Positions 13,502-27,200 of a DNA stretch of 64,000 nucleotides are shown piece by piece. The position numbers and the translations under genes were made by a program. The notes beneath the pieces are model-generated. The model saw nothing but the letters and a program-made list of their open reading frames with translations. It had not been told where the DNA came from and ran no database searches. Within the stretch, counting starts at the first letter, position 1. Each line of letters starts with the position of its first letter. Source of the DNA: Lama guanicoe (taxonomy: Eukaryota); the NCBI GenBank assembly GCA_013239625.1, contig MU054187.1, positions 14,480,974-14,544,973 on the forward strand. The letters run 5' to 3'.

Positions 13502-13661
13502 CTGAGCTGACTTTTCTGGAATAGGTTCGTTCTGCAGCGCTTGGAGGGCCTTCATGGCGGCGTTGTGTCTAGCGGCTTGTCGAGTCTTTCCTTCCCCAAA
13601 AAATTCATTATTTCCTACAGTCAGCTGAACATAAAAGATCTTGGGCATTGGGCAATGGTAC
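13502..13661 (-). CDS. STAU2: STAU2 coding exon (160 nt), C-terminal half of dsRBD2: (R)YHCPMPKIFYVQLTVGNNEFFGEGKTRQAARHNAAMKALQALQNEPIPEKSAQ
   Basis: Acceptor tcactttag|GTACCAT, donor GCTCAG|gtgtgt; the ORF track shows the dsRBD motif GEGKTRQAARHNAA. Confidence 0.97.
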
Positions 13662-14364
13662 CTAAAGTGAGAAAATTACAAAATTAATGTTAGCTCAATA
13701 AAAATCACTCGATAATCATTAGTAAGACTTATTTTCTTTAAAATGATACCAATTATATAATGCACTATACGTTCTTACTAACCAAAATAAAGTTTTAACC
13801 TAACCAATGTATTTATAAAAGATAAAATGTGAGTCAATGGATCTATTGATGATAAAGAGTGTATACTGATCTCTACAAAAATGTATTTTAGAAACAACAC
13901 TACACACAAATTAATATTGTAAAAGTTATTTAATTATATCACAGAAGACCTCCTGGTGAGAAGTGTTCAGTGACAGAAGTGAGCCAAATCTTCTGGTGCT
14001 AGAGGATGGGGACCTCCTACAGAGGGTGGAGACAAGCAAGCCCATCTAGGTGACAACATTGAGATCATTGTGCTTTTAGCAGAAGATAATTACGACTAGA
14101 TATGGGAAGGGCAGAGAGACGAAGCTACTACTGTAAAGATATAAGCACTCTGCAAAGTAATAAGATCAGATTCAACATAAGAATGAAGAGTTTAAGCCAA
14201 TTCTTAAGCAGAAAGTATCATAGTAAAATGCATATAAGGTGAAAACTTGGAGCAGGTTTGTGTTTGAGGCTGAGGTAAGGAGGCATGACTAGAAAGTTTC
14301 AATGACGTGGACATGGTAGAATTCAAAAACAAACTTAGAAGAAATTAAAAGGGTATGCAATAAA

Positions 14365-15600
14365 ATCCATTAATTCAACAGTGACTTAAGAAGCACCTTC
14401 TTATGATGGGGGACTAAGACAATGAACAAAAACACACATTTTAGTGGAGACAATAGACAAAGACAGATATGTAGACTATCTAGTATGTTAGAAATATAAA
14501 ACAGAAAAAGAAGAAAGGGTTCAGAAGCGTTGGGAGGGGAAGTGTTTAGGTAGAGTGACCAGTGAGTATCTCATTGAGAAGATGACAATTGTGTAAAGAT
14601 CTAGAGTAAGTTAGGGAGGAAACCATGCAGAAATCTAGAACAGAGCATTTGAGGAAGTAAAAACTCCAAGTGCCCAGGCTCTGAGGCAGCAGTGCACCAT
14701 GCATGTTCAAGCAATTCCAAGGATTCCCACCTGGTTAGAGCTGAGGACGTGAAGGAAGGGAAGCTAAGAGATGGGGAGGGGTGACCAGATTCCACAGGGA
14801 CTCCCTTAGAAACCACTGTAAGGATCTGACTTTCCTCCTGAGTGAAATGGCCAGCCACTAGAAGGTTCTGAGGGGAGAAGTGACATCATCTGACTTACAT
14901 CTTGGAAGGATCATCTGACTATATGCCGGCAACAGCCTGTAGGGGAATGATGAGAGAATCAAGGAGATCTGTTAAGAGGCTCCTGCAGTAACACAGGTGC
15001 CTGAACTAGGGTGGAAGCATTAGAAGTAAGGAGAAGTAGTTGGATCCTGGACAAATTTCAAAAGTAGAGATGATGGGTTTGCCCAAGGACCAGATATAGA
15101 ATATGAGAGGGGAGCTGAGGGAGACCCCAGGGTTTCTGACATGAGCACCTGGAAAAATGAGCATCCACACACCAAGCTGGTGAAGACTGCAAAAGGGATG
15201 GGTTTGCTTGGGATGAGCATCAGCAGCCCTGGTTTGGAGATGTGAAATTATTCAGTCTGTTGGGCATTCAAACGAAGATGTCAAATGGACAGTCTGATCT
15301 ATGAGTCTGGACCCCAGGAAAGAGGTCCAAGGTGGAGTTACAATTTGGGAATCATCAAATTCCACATAGATGGAATTTAAAGTCACAAAACAGTGAGAAT
15401 TCTGTGGGAGGGAGTGACAGGAGGAAAACCAAGCAAGCACAGTGCCCTTCCTGAAAGTCAAGTGGGGAAAAGGGATCTCTAGGAAGAGGGTAGAGTCAAT
15501 TGTGTCAAGTGTTACTCACAGGTCAAGTGAAATGATGACTGAGAACTACTACCACTGAAGTGGGCAATTGAGCAAAACTAACAGGATCAGTTTTGATGGA
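14365..15600 (-). mobile_element. L2 element
   Basis: cattaattcaaca 3' end; gaaggttctgaggggagaagtgacatcatctgacttacat; gatgtcaaatggacag..tctggac; acaatttgggaatcatca. Confidence 0.8.
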
Positions 15601-16920
15601 ATGCTGGATTTATCATTGTTAGGCTGAAAAATTAAGTTAAAAATCGCTCCAGTGATGGAAAATGTCTATTTCCAAGCAAAAAGAAGCCAACTGAGGTCCA
15701 ACTAAGTTTTAGATGATTATTGCACATCCAAGTAGCAGAGTTCTATATTCAACCTGAGATAAACTGGACAGAGTTCATTGTTTAAGAATTCATAGGCAGA
15801 TGGGACTAATCAGTGAAGGTTCACTGAAGGTGAAGGACTAGAAATGTACATTGGTACTGAAGATGCAGATTTGGGAGGCAGTAATTGAAACCATGTGAGT
15901 GGATAAGCACCTGGAAAGGGCAAGTGTAAAAGAACCAAGAAACAGAGCCTAAGGCTGGGATCTGATTAATGCCATGATCAAAAGGCAGGGGAAATAATAG
16001 ACAGCAGTGAAGGAGATGAAAGAAGGCCGGAGTTAGAAAAGAAATTACAACAGAATGTCAGGGAAACGGATAATCAACAATGTCAAATGTAGTGGAGAAA
16101 TCCAGAGTGAGTATGAAAAAGAAAGAAAAAGTCACTGCTTTAAATTTTTAAAGTCAATTTTCTTGGCCCACAGTTTTCTAAAAATTAAAGATAAAATATT
16201 TTAAATGTGTTTTTACTGTACGTCATATGTTCTCATTTTTAATTGGCAAACATAAAAAAGTGAAGGGAGAAAAAAAATCACCTATAGTAAAAGGTATTTT
16301 TTTAACACACAAAGACTAAAAAGCATTAAAACCACAATCTTTCTGTTCTTTGCAGTAACTAGCGGTTTATTAAAGCACATAATCTCATGTTACCTATTTT
16401 ATTTTAGATTCCTTTAATGCAGAAATTTTGACAGAACTAATATCATGAGTGCAGGTTATCTTCATTTTATTTCTCATAAAATTCAGGTTTCCCACCTCCA
16501 CAGAACTTTATGCATACTTTTAACTGGTTTCACTATAAAACTTTAAAGACAGACAACCTGAAATCAGAAATGTACTCCTGGACTCAGATCTTACATGGCA
16601 ATATTTCACCAAAGAGCAAATGTTTACAATTAATTACACACTTCTGAAAATCGAGGCCCACGACTGGAATGCTAACAGACCTTTAACTACAGCACAGGGA
16701 CTGGGCGCCACAGTAATCACCAAGGCCTGCTGACAATTACAAAACTCATTTCGGTTTGCCACAGAGACAAACAAAATTTCTGTTCATTACAACTTTACTG
16801 GAATATGATGTCATAACACATAACCATACTGAAACAATCTGCTGATTTTCTGACCAAAATATTAATTGCACACTAAAGAGCCCTTGGGGCCTCTTCCTTT
16901 TTGGCCATCAAATATGGCTT

Positions 16921-16957
16921 TATGTATGTGTATGTGCGTGATGTGGGTACGTGTGTG

Positions 16958-16999
<42 letters not shown>
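16921..16999 (+). repeat. Compound (TG)n/(AT)17 microsatellite
   Basis: Imperfect TG run followed by a perfect AT run at 16965-16999. Confidence 0.95.
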
Positions 17000-17000
<1 letters not shown>

Positions 17001-17604
17001 CATGAAAAGTAAAATATTCTAGCACTAACAGCAGGAAATACCGAGAGCTGACGCCTGACTTGTTTCATTCCAGCTTCATTCCATTCTCTTACTTAACAAT
17101 GATTCTTAATAATCTACCTCATGGGGTTTGAATGCCTTATATATCACATCTCCTCACATCACCATGACAATTACGATTAACCAGAGCACTCCCATTAATG
17201 GCACCCAGACTGAATTATGGAAGAGAAGATGAAGAATTTTCCGTGGGTGTTAGGTCCTGGTCTCCAAATAATTCATTCCCTTTGCTAAAGAAACTCAGTT
17301 TATTAACTTTAAAGGTTGGTATGTTCTAGTTAATGGAATTCCCTTTTCTATTTTTATTTATTTCAAATATTTAGCACATTTTTGGTAACATGCTTATAAT
17401 AAGTGAGGCACATATTTCTACAAACTGGCACATACATATTTACCTAATCTCACATTGCTATTCTTGAATGATTTTCCTCAATTAGAATTTTGTGATCAAT
17501 GCTTAGATCCCCATGGTGATTACTGTGAAAAGATGAGCCATGAAAACAAAGCCAGATCCTCTACCCACAGCCCCCAAAGTACAATTTGCAAAGTGTGACC
17601 CCAA

Positions 17605-17760
17605 TTTCTTAAGAACTATCTCTAGTGCTTGTTAAAAATGCAGGTTTCCTGTGTTCCAACCCTGATCTGCTGAATCAGTTTCTGAGGATGGAACAAGAGT
17701 CTCCACTTGCATAAGCTTCCCTGGTGAGTCTGCACACTCAAGTCTGTGAGCACCTGCTGC
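17605..17760. mobile_element. MER5-like hAT-Charlie MITE
   Basis: gcttgttaaaaatgcaggtttcctg...ctgctgaatcagt...aagcttccctggtgagtctg...aagtctgtgagcacctg. Confidence 0.7.
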
Positions 17761-19677
17761 TCGGAGTCACCACAGTCCACCACGTGGCTCATGTGACTTG
17801 AAGACATCTCAGACTCCATGCCAGCGAGGGACTACACACATTCCTACAGTACCACGGGTTTCTCATATCTTTCTCACTGAATCCTCACAGCAGCCTGGTG
17901 AAACAGATGTCCCCATGGTCACCTTGACAGGTAACATCTCTCTCCAACAGAGGTGCCGGGGGTCAAACTCAAGTCTGCCTAACTTCAGGGCTCAGCCAAC
18001 TCTTAAGTAGTTTCCTGAATATCTGCTTTAACCTCTTCTATTTTTGTTCATATATGTTTGTTAAACTGACTATGTCCTTGGCAGGCCAGAGAACCTAACA
18101 CAAGTGTTCTTTCTAAACCTAAGGTCCACTAGCAGACTTCAAATGGGTTTTACTGAGCAGCTGCTGAAACAAACAGACCTCCACAATGAAATCCTATGTT
18201 TTCACGGTACATCAAGCCAAGCGGGAACAAAAACAGGTACCACAGAGAATCTATCAAGATAAAATGTCAGAGTAATGGGCTCATATGCCACACTGTCTAA
18301 CAATCTCAACTGTATAAAGACTGTTTGGAACATCCATTTCCCCCCACCCCATTCCTCCTTGTCCTTGGTCTCCTGGAAGTCTTACAAAAAATAAACAAAC
18401 AAAGTTTCAAATAAAATAAAATCTTCCCTTTCTTTAGATCCCCTAAAAGTCTTTAGATTTGGCCTTATTCCAAGACTTCACAAGTCAATACAACAATAAA
18501 GAAAGAAATGACATTTGGTTCCTTTGAATCAATACTTAACACTCCTTATAGAGTTTTGTTTTTTGAGCAAAGGGAGGATTTCACATTCTTATATAAGTGC
18601 TCTCAAAAGAATGTACGTATTGTTATTCTTACATCTGACCGTCAGTTATAACAACGTTCTACACCACATGTCCTTGCCTTCCTCCCTAAAGTTACCTCGT
18701 TAATGCCCTCTTTGTGGACTCATTCTGTATTTACCTTTCTAAACAACTAAAATCCATACATCCTCCCTACCATTCTGTGACTGCCTTATCCTCCACCATC
18801 TGCACCTTCCTGAGTACCTTTTTTACAAGGTGAGAAAGACATATTCCAAATAACATCAGAACTTTTAAAAATTGAAAAATAATTGCCTCATTTTATTTGA
18901 TAGCATTATTCATAAATCTCAGCACAGCTTAAGCATTCATATCTCCTCTACAGGTTTATGTCTTAAATATATGAACATGTTATCTTCTGATCTAGTAAGG
19001 AGAGGCTCTGGGTTTCTGTGTTTATTTCTAACATTGACTGAAAACAGAAATGTCACTTAATCTTTCTATCTCAGTTTACTTATCTGTAAAATATTTGCAG
19101 AATTTATGTTTAAAGAACTCTAAAGGCCAAAACTTAGAATCCAACTGCCCTGTTGATTATTTTGACTCTTTGTACACTTTTTGGCACAGCTAAGCATTCT
19201 TTTTCTTGCTATAGAAAAATAATAGGTTTTATCATAAAGCTATAAAATAGTCCTTGGCATACTTTAAAGTTTGTATGTATATAAAATGTCTAGATAGGAG
19301 AGAGTTCTTTCTCTATTCACATCTATAAATTTTGAAAATATATCTTTTACGGGATCTAAATGTTTAGTCTTGAGAAATTTCAAAACTTAGGATCTATTAG
19401 AAAAGGTTCTCTGGGCAGCTGAAAATAAGCTTTCAAAGAGGTATAAGGATATACCTACAAACAGAATAGTATTATTATAATTCTGTTTAAAATGCATAAA
19501 GGAAAATACAGAAAGATGCATTAACAGCTGGGATAGGGTGTTTTGGAGTGATGGAATTATAAATGACATTTTCTTTCACAATTTCAAAATATTTTAAATA
19601 ATATGGTTGTACTGGTGTATAAACAGAAGAAAATATTTAATTAAAGTCAGTCTACTCCCTGTCCAAAATAAAGGTAA

Positions 19678-19879
19678 ATCTACAGGCATATGCAGAATAG
19701 ATAAACAAGATTATACTGTATAGCACAGGGAAATATATACAAGATCTTGTGGTAGCTCACAGCAAAAAAAAAGTGACAAAGAATATATGTATGTTCATGT
19801 GCAACTGAAAAATTGTGCTCTACACTGGAATTTGACACAACATTGTAAAATGACTATAACTCAATAAAAAAAAGTAAAA
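19678..19879 (+). mobile_element. Young lineage-specific L1 3' tip with TSD
   Basis: aacaagattatactgtatagcacagggaaatatatacaagatcttgtggtagctcac...ctcaataaaaaaa; flanks aaaataaaggtaa (19665-19677) and aaaataaaaggtaa (19880-19893). Confidence 0.9.
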
Positions 19880-20169
19880 AAAATAAAAGGTAACTATGTA
19901 TTCCAAACATAAACCTGATCAACCAGTGTAATGATCTGTGGAATACAGAATGTGAACCACAAGAGTAAATAGTTTGGACTGTGTCACTGATGCTAGAACC
20001 ATAGCAGGACCATGGACATCAGGGCACGTCATCAAAGAGCCCCATTTTGTAAACACACAATCACCACCCTCAATCCACACTTGGATCCAGCATAAAACTA
20101 TTCTTGCCCCTTCCCTAAATGGATCTCTAGATAAATCATCATTATCACCATCCCCATCACCCATTATCA

Positions 20170-20395
20170 TGACGACAGCAAACACACAGAAAGAACTCAC
20201 TATGTGCCAGGCCCTATTCCAAGCACTGTGCATACTAATCTCATTCAGTCACCATAACAACTGTCACTTCACTTTACATACGAGGAAATGAGGAACAGAA
20301 ATGTTAATGAACTTGCGCAAGGCCACTCCTACTTAAGCCAGCACTGAACCCCGACTCACTCCAGAGCCCATGATCTTAACCTCTACACTATGCTG
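20170..20395 (-). mobile_element. MIR
   Basis: actcactatgtgccaggccctattccaagcact...gaggaaatgaggaacaga...aacttgcgcaaggccac...tcttaacctctacactatgctgtctc. Confidence 0.8.
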
Positions 20396-20624
20396 TCTCT
20401 GAATGAACCAGATAAATGGGCACTTTAAACTGCAGAGGTACTAACTATAAACTCTGGAGAGGTCATTACAGACTTGGAGCATCAAGGCAATTTAAGTCAA
20501 ACTAGATCTAAGACATCAGTGCAAAGAGAAGTGAGTTCAGGAGACCGAGCTGATTGCAGCTCAGTCTTGTGCTTTGCATCCCCTCTTAACCCACCTTTCT
20601 GGAACCCCTGGTTAATCACTAATG

Positions 20625-21305
20625 TTCCCATCAGGGAACTACAAATCAAAACCACTGTGAGACCTACCACTTCACATTCACCAGGATGGCTATAGTTGGG
20701 CAACTGTGGAAAACAGTCTGGTGTTTCCTTAAAAGTTAAACATAGAATTACCATTTGACCCAGCAATTCGCTCTCAGATATATAAACTGAAGAGAAATTT
20801 TAAAAGGTGTCGAAACAAAAATGGGTACACAAATGTTCATAGCAGCACTATTCATACTAGCCAAAAAGTGGAAAGAAGTCAAAGGTCCATCCAACTGATG
20901 TTTGCTGATGAATCAGTAAACAGAATGTAGTATATGCAAACAGCGGAGTACTGCACAGCCATACAAAGGAATGAAGCAGTGACATATGACACAACGCGGA
21001 CGAACTCTGAGCTAAGTGAACGCTAGACACAAAGTCTACATCTCGTACGATTCCATCTAGATGAAATGTCCGGAACAGGCAAATTCACAGAGACAGAAAG
21101 TAGATCAGTGGTTGCCAGGGGCTGGGAAGAGGGACAGTGGGGAATAACTGTTCATGGGTATGGGCTGACGAAATGCTCTGGAATTAGACAGTGGGGACGC
21201 CTCACAACACCGTGAATGTAGTAATTCACAGTGTACTGAACTCTACACTTTAAAATGGTTAAAACGGTGAATTTTATGTTACTGTGAATTTTACCTCAAC
21301 AAAAA
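20625..21305 (+). mobile_element. L1MB-like 3' end
   Basis: aaatgttcatagcagcactattcata; gagacagaaagtagatcagtggttgccaggggctggg; cacttttaaaatggttaaaacggtgaattttatgtta. Confidence 0.88.
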
Positions 21306-21559
21306 CCAATTTTTTAAAAAATGTTCCTACTCCCTGGGGTTCAATCTTCTGTTTCTCATAGACAAGACAGTCTTCCTAGGTGATCTCACCTACTCCTATT
21401 TACATTCTTGGCAGACTCCCAGAAACGCGCCTGCCAAATTGGGGGAGCACAGGGGAGAGGGAATAAAAGTCATCCCTCCCTTTTGAACTCTCAGAAATTA
21501 ATAACCTGGTCTTCTTCTTGCCCTTGTTCGATGACTGGGGGAGGGGGCATGTGATTTAA

Positions 21560-22090
21560 ATTATTAATTTGACAAATATTTATTAAGGACCTAACGCATG
21601 CCAGGGACTGTTTTAGTCCCTAGGAATGGTGGACTGTCCTCAGGAGACACAATCAATCAATAAATGAAACACTATCAACTAATAAGATGGGCTAGGAAGA
21701 AAGTAAAGCAGAGTAAGGGAACAGAGTAAAAGGGCTCCTTTAGGATGTGACATTTGAATAAAGAGGTGAATGGAGTAAGACTTCTAAGCACGAGGATTCC
21801 TGCAGGAAAAAGTGTTTCAAGCAAACTGTACAGCAAGTGCAAAGGCCCTGGGATGGTAACATACAGGTCTTTTTTTTTTTTGAGAAACAGCAAGTGTCCT
21901 GGAAAGCAGTGAGCCAAGGAGTGAGTGGTAGGGAACTAGCCAGAACTTAATTCCACACGTGATGGGAGCCATTGGAGGGTTTTAAGCAGGGAAGTGACAC
22001 GATCTGGCGTTACTTAAGTCTCTCACTGCTGTTTGTCCAAAGAAAAGCAAGAAAGCCACTGGCAGGCCACTGGCTAGTCTAGACAAGTCA
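21560..22090 (-). mobile_element. L2 fragment
   Basis: acaaatatttattaaggacctaacgcatgccagg; gggagccattggagggttttaagcagggaagtgacacgatctg. Confidence 0.75.
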
Positions 22091-22706
22091 TCTCTGGAAA
22101 TAGGAGACTGAACTGCCTGGGAGAATACAAGATTGCAAGCAGGGCTGGAACTTCACTGAAGGATGGGACCAGTCAGCACAGTTACATTTTTCTGTAGCTC
22201 CCTGGGTGCAAGTGCAGAGTCAGAGGAGCTGGACTTAACTAGTTACAGTTTTGTTAAGCATCAGTAATCATTCAAGTGGCAGGTACTAGAGTATACAGGA
22301 ATTAAGGGACTGACTCCAGAACTGGCAAGGAAAGAATGATAAACTCCAGTGAAATACAGCCCTACAGAATCTGGCAGGTGAGCAAAGGCTGCAACTACCC
22401 TGGAATTCTACTCAATGTTTTCCCTAAGCGCCGGTGACAGAGGACACCTCCCTAATGTCCTGCCATCCCACTGGGTAGACAACGTGTAGCAGGAGCAGTA
22501 AGACATGCCTCCCACGTGGAGGCTGACAAGCAGTGCTGGAAGTGTTTCCACTTAAAGAGGGGTCCCTAGCAGAGTAAGCGGGGCTCTCTTTCCTCTGGGT
22601 ACCACGGCACACCGTCTGAGACAGGTAAATGACCAGCACCACAGACAGCCACATGGAAGCCAGAAGGGAGCAGTGATGGTGCAGGAGTCGGGGGGGCTCC
22701 TCAGGG

Positions 22707-22870
22707 CAGCATTTCTCCAAGTGTGGGTCCCACACAAAAATCATCAGAGTCCTCCTGGTGGGGTCTAGGAACACCTGTTAAAATGCAGATTCAAGGCTGA
22801 CAACCAGGCATCTTGGGTGGAGTCCAGAAATCAACATTATTACCAAAAAGCCTTGGTGGTTCTCATGCAT
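22707..22870. mobile_element. MER5A-like MITE
   Basis: cagcatttctccaagtgtgggtcc...ctgttaaaatgcagattc...ggtggttctcatgca. Confidence 0.6.
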
Positions 22871-23144
22871 GCTACAGACTGAGACGCAGCTCCTCACAGA
22901 GGTCTCCTTCCCTCCCCTTGCTCGTGAATATGAAGGCTTTCCATTCTTGAGTATTAACTTGGTGCCGGGCTCCCTTCTTGAATTCTCCTGCTGACTCTAA
23001 AAAGTTTCTAGCTCTTTGCAATTTTCCAGATTTCCACAACTGACCTTCAAAAAATGATAATCTTCCTCCTGTTTCTTTCCACATTTTATTCCTTTTATTT
23101 TCCCTAATTGTGTGGGTCCATACCTCCAACAGAAGACTAAACAG

Positions 23145-24260
23145 CAGTCGATAATGGATGTTCTTATTTCTTACTTTAATAGCAATGTGGCTAGCGTGTT
23201 CTCGTCAGCATAATGCTGGCTGCTGGGGTGGGCTGAGATGGGATGGGATGCGATGGGATGGGGGGTGTGTGTGTGTGTGTCAGAGATAAAGAATATGCAG
23301 GTGTGCGTCTATAGTATACAGTTTACAGTGTTAAAGTAATATTCAGTTACTCATAATGTATTGAAATTTCTAAGTCAAGAAAGGATTTTTTAATGTCTTT
23401 TCAGCAGCTGTGAGGTTAACAATTTTTAGTTTTCATCTCTTAATAAGATGAATTTTATTAACATATTTTCTAATGGTGAAACAGTTCCACAATCCCAGAA
23501 TAAATCCCTCTTAGTTATGGTGGTTCTTCTTTCAAAGGACTGCCAAATTCCACTTGCCGGCATTTCAATTAAGATTTTTCCATTGATATTCTGTAAATAA
23601 TACTGATCTGAAGGGCTACCCTTTGTTGTTTTTTCAGACTGGCATTGTTGAAGTAGACACCAAAGTTATTTTGGGTTGCCCAGAATAACTTGTTTCCAGT
23701 TTTTGAAAGGGTCAGTGAAATTCTTCTGGGAAACCTCTCGGCCAGGCGCTTTTCTCGGGCAGGGGGCGGTGGAAGTTAGCTATTCAACTACTTATCCTTT
23801 TACGTCTATAGCAATCGGATCTTTATTTTCTCCTTTCGAGGTCAGTTTTGATCATTTACATCTTCCTACAAAAGCACCCCGTCCATCCAGGTTCTGAAAT
23901 CATTTTCCATGAGTTGAGCAAAGTTCCTGTGTGAGAAGCGCCCTTTCCTATGCGTCTGCGGTGCTCCCCCATCCTAGACCACGCTCTGCACCTCTGGGCT
24001 ATACGCTCACGACTGCTTGCCTTGATGAGGTCACGTATTTATATATTTTATTGGGTCTTCACAAGATACTGGATTCTGCATGGTTGTTTTTCTTTTCCTA
24101 TTATTCTTCTGTTTTCTAATTAATCTATTTCTACGTTCATTTTCCTTCCTTAGACTTACTTTGTCACTCCTTTTCTAACTTCTTGTGTTGGATACATACT
24201 TCATTTTCAAGATATCTATTAATATAGACATAAGGTTAATGAACCTGCCTTCTCATAGGC
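23145..24260 (-). mobile_element. Very old L1 ORF2 remnant
   Basis: aatcccagaataaatccctcttagttatggtg; cagtgaaa..ctctcggccaggcgcttttc (reverse of the PGPDGF region); gtcagttttgatcatttaca. Confidence 0.65.
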
Positions 24261-27200
24261 TTTATGTTGTCTGAACTGTAATATCTTTCAGAGGGAAATA
24301 CACTATACAGTGTTGTCTAAGTATTTTTGGTAATGAAACCCCCTTTGTGTGGACTATCATGTGTGTCCTATGACGCACACCTGGAGATATACAGCCTCGG
24401 TTAAGAGTCTGTGTATCCCTCCAGGTTACTATTTAATCTGTTAAAAGCTTTTCCATCTTGAATGTAATAAAGATTACTTACCATTTTAAGAAATACAATT
24501 AAAAACGTTTATCAAGTGCATTTATAAACTTGATAAACTTAAACACTGAGTGGGGTGAATAGAGGAAAAGGTCTTTAGACTACATTAAAACCAACTGACC
24601 TGAAGTTCCACCTACTAGATCTATAAGCTCTCTGGGTAAGAGGACTTACTTTCTCCAAGACTCACCAGTAAAAGGAAAGATTCTGTCTGTCTCAACTTTC
24701 TCAATCTTATTCAAGTGGCAAATCAAGAGGAAATTATTGTCTTTTTCATGAAATACCATAGCAGATTTGTGTATTTACTTAGGGACGATTTTCAAATATA
24801 TATATGTGCACGTGTGTGTATGCACTTTGGGTGACCTTTGTACTTCAAAAGCATTTGTAAAATGTTTTAAAGAAATACAGTTTTAAGCTTTTAATATGTA
24901 TTTATTAAATACTGTATGCTAGTAGTCTTAACAACAGATTCCTAAGTTTAAGAAAATTATGGACAATATGACGTCTTTTTTCTTTGAGCTCTAAGAAGAT
25001 TCTCATTATTCAATTCCATCAGCAGATCATTGTTGGTTAAGGGCTATCTGCGAATGTTTTTTGGAAACCACTGGTGAAGAGACTGTCTTAAGTCCTTTCC
25101 AGCAACAAAATGGTTCCTGAGAGTGGTTCTGGGAAATATTTTAAATGCTTCTGTTTCTTCATTATCTCAGGCCCCCAAGTAGATGCTTTTGAGAAGTTAA
25201 AATTACAAAAAAAAAAAAAGATCATATTTTGAGAAGGGGTTTCACACCCTTTTCTGGATAAATTAATTTTGGAATGTCTAGAAAAGACAGTCAAATGCAA
25301 AACTGTGTTTGCACTGGAATCTTCCAAGAGCTTTAGAAAGTGTTTCGCTTTGTTACAATGTCCAACCCAGACATCTACTCCAGTGCCTTTGCTGATCAGA
25401 ATTAACTATCAACTTTGGATGCTTGCCCACTTCAAATACTCCCAAAAGTAACATGGAGACATTACATCAGCGGTACTGCAGAAAGATTAACGTGCTTTGT
25501 TTGGAGATGCAAACAGTAATTACACTTACTGCATACTTCTAGCATTCTGTCTATTTTACCCAAATCTAAGTGAATCTAGTTGTACATTTGCATATAGTTT
25601 AATGACAACAATAATATGTAGTTAACAGATATTCATTGGAATATAAAAAATTTATTTGGCATTTTCCCAGCTAATTGTTTTTACAGCTTGACTTCACTTA
25701 TGCATTAGCTACATTCATAAAAAAGTTTACATAAAGCAAATATTTTCATACTAAATCCCATTTTCCCACTCTTGCCCAATATTAAATCTTGAGTTCTATT
25801 TCTATAGGAAAACGCTGGCTCTGACACATCATAAAAATTATAATTAAACATCTAAAGATGTATGCTAAGGAATAGCTACATTTAATCAAGTATTTTATAA
25901 AATACATTTTATCTTCTCACCTGCAATAACGATTAATCAGATGGATAATCATTTTGTTTCATATTCCCACAATCACTAGACAGACATGTACATTAAAACA
26001 ACAACAACAACAAATGCAGAGTTTTGGGTGACTTCGTAGAAACCGGAAGTAGAAATTAATTTATTAGCTGGGATTGCCACATGTAGATATGTTCTCAGAC
26101 AGATTCAGGTAATGCAGGTAGTCTCAGATTATTGATAATAATCATTAAAATTTCTCCTGGTATTGGTAACACACTTGGCATTTTATTATAATCCATACCA
26201 GATGACTTACTGTAATTATACAGATCACTGGAGCCAATACCGTCGTCCGACTCAAAGATTACTTCTCAAAGAAATGGAAAAAAAGACTTGCTCAACCCCC
26301 TGGATCCTTTTGCAGTATAAAAAGTGCAAAAAGCACCTTTTGCTAAAACAGAAGAGTACCTGGGACTTTTAGAAAACTCTCCTACTTTTAACCACCCGTA
26401 CTCTGAGGTAATGCTAAGCAATTTGATTTTCAGTCATTTTAAATTAAGTTTTTAATTTCTCCACACAAATCCTCCAGGGAACACTATGTGGAAAGCAGTT
26501 GCCTACACTCTCCTTTCCCTGTATTGCTGCAGATAATCTAGGTATGCTTTTTGTCAATAAGTAGTATGAACTGTGTCTTATTCCAGGAAGTGCACAAAGC
26601 TGGGAATCATCGAATGCTCCTCATCTCTGCCGTGCACCCGGAGACAAAAGCATGGCATAGCAACAAAAAGACACTACTGGTAAAGACAGGACATTGATAC
26701 TCAGTCTGACTATTGCCCACAGGGATGGGTTGAGTAATACTTAGAACTTTAAAAGGCTAACAGTTCTGACCTCTGATTATGGTGGTTTATTCCTATTCAT
26801 AATATGGATAAAAGACTGCATTTCAGTCACACTGCAAATTCTTTTCTGTGGGCAAAGTAGCTTTTGAGGTTATTCCTGAATATAAGTCTGCCATGACACC
26901 CTAATATTCCAAAAGAAGAGATGTTTACATGAGTTAATATAGTGTAGTAGGAAAAACACGAGCTTTGAAGACACACAGTCTTGGGCTGGAGGACCAGCTC
27001 GTCCTTTACTGTTAACCCTGGGCGAGTTTCACTCTGGGCCAGCACTCAGTAGGAAATCATAGTTGTTTGCCCTCCTTCCTTCTTGGCAACTAACCCATCA
27101 TCCTTCTTAAATATTCCACAGATGCTTCAGCACCTCTCGTGCTTTTTTATTATTCCTCATAAATAACCCAGGGGGCATGCCACCAGCTTCACATCCCTAC

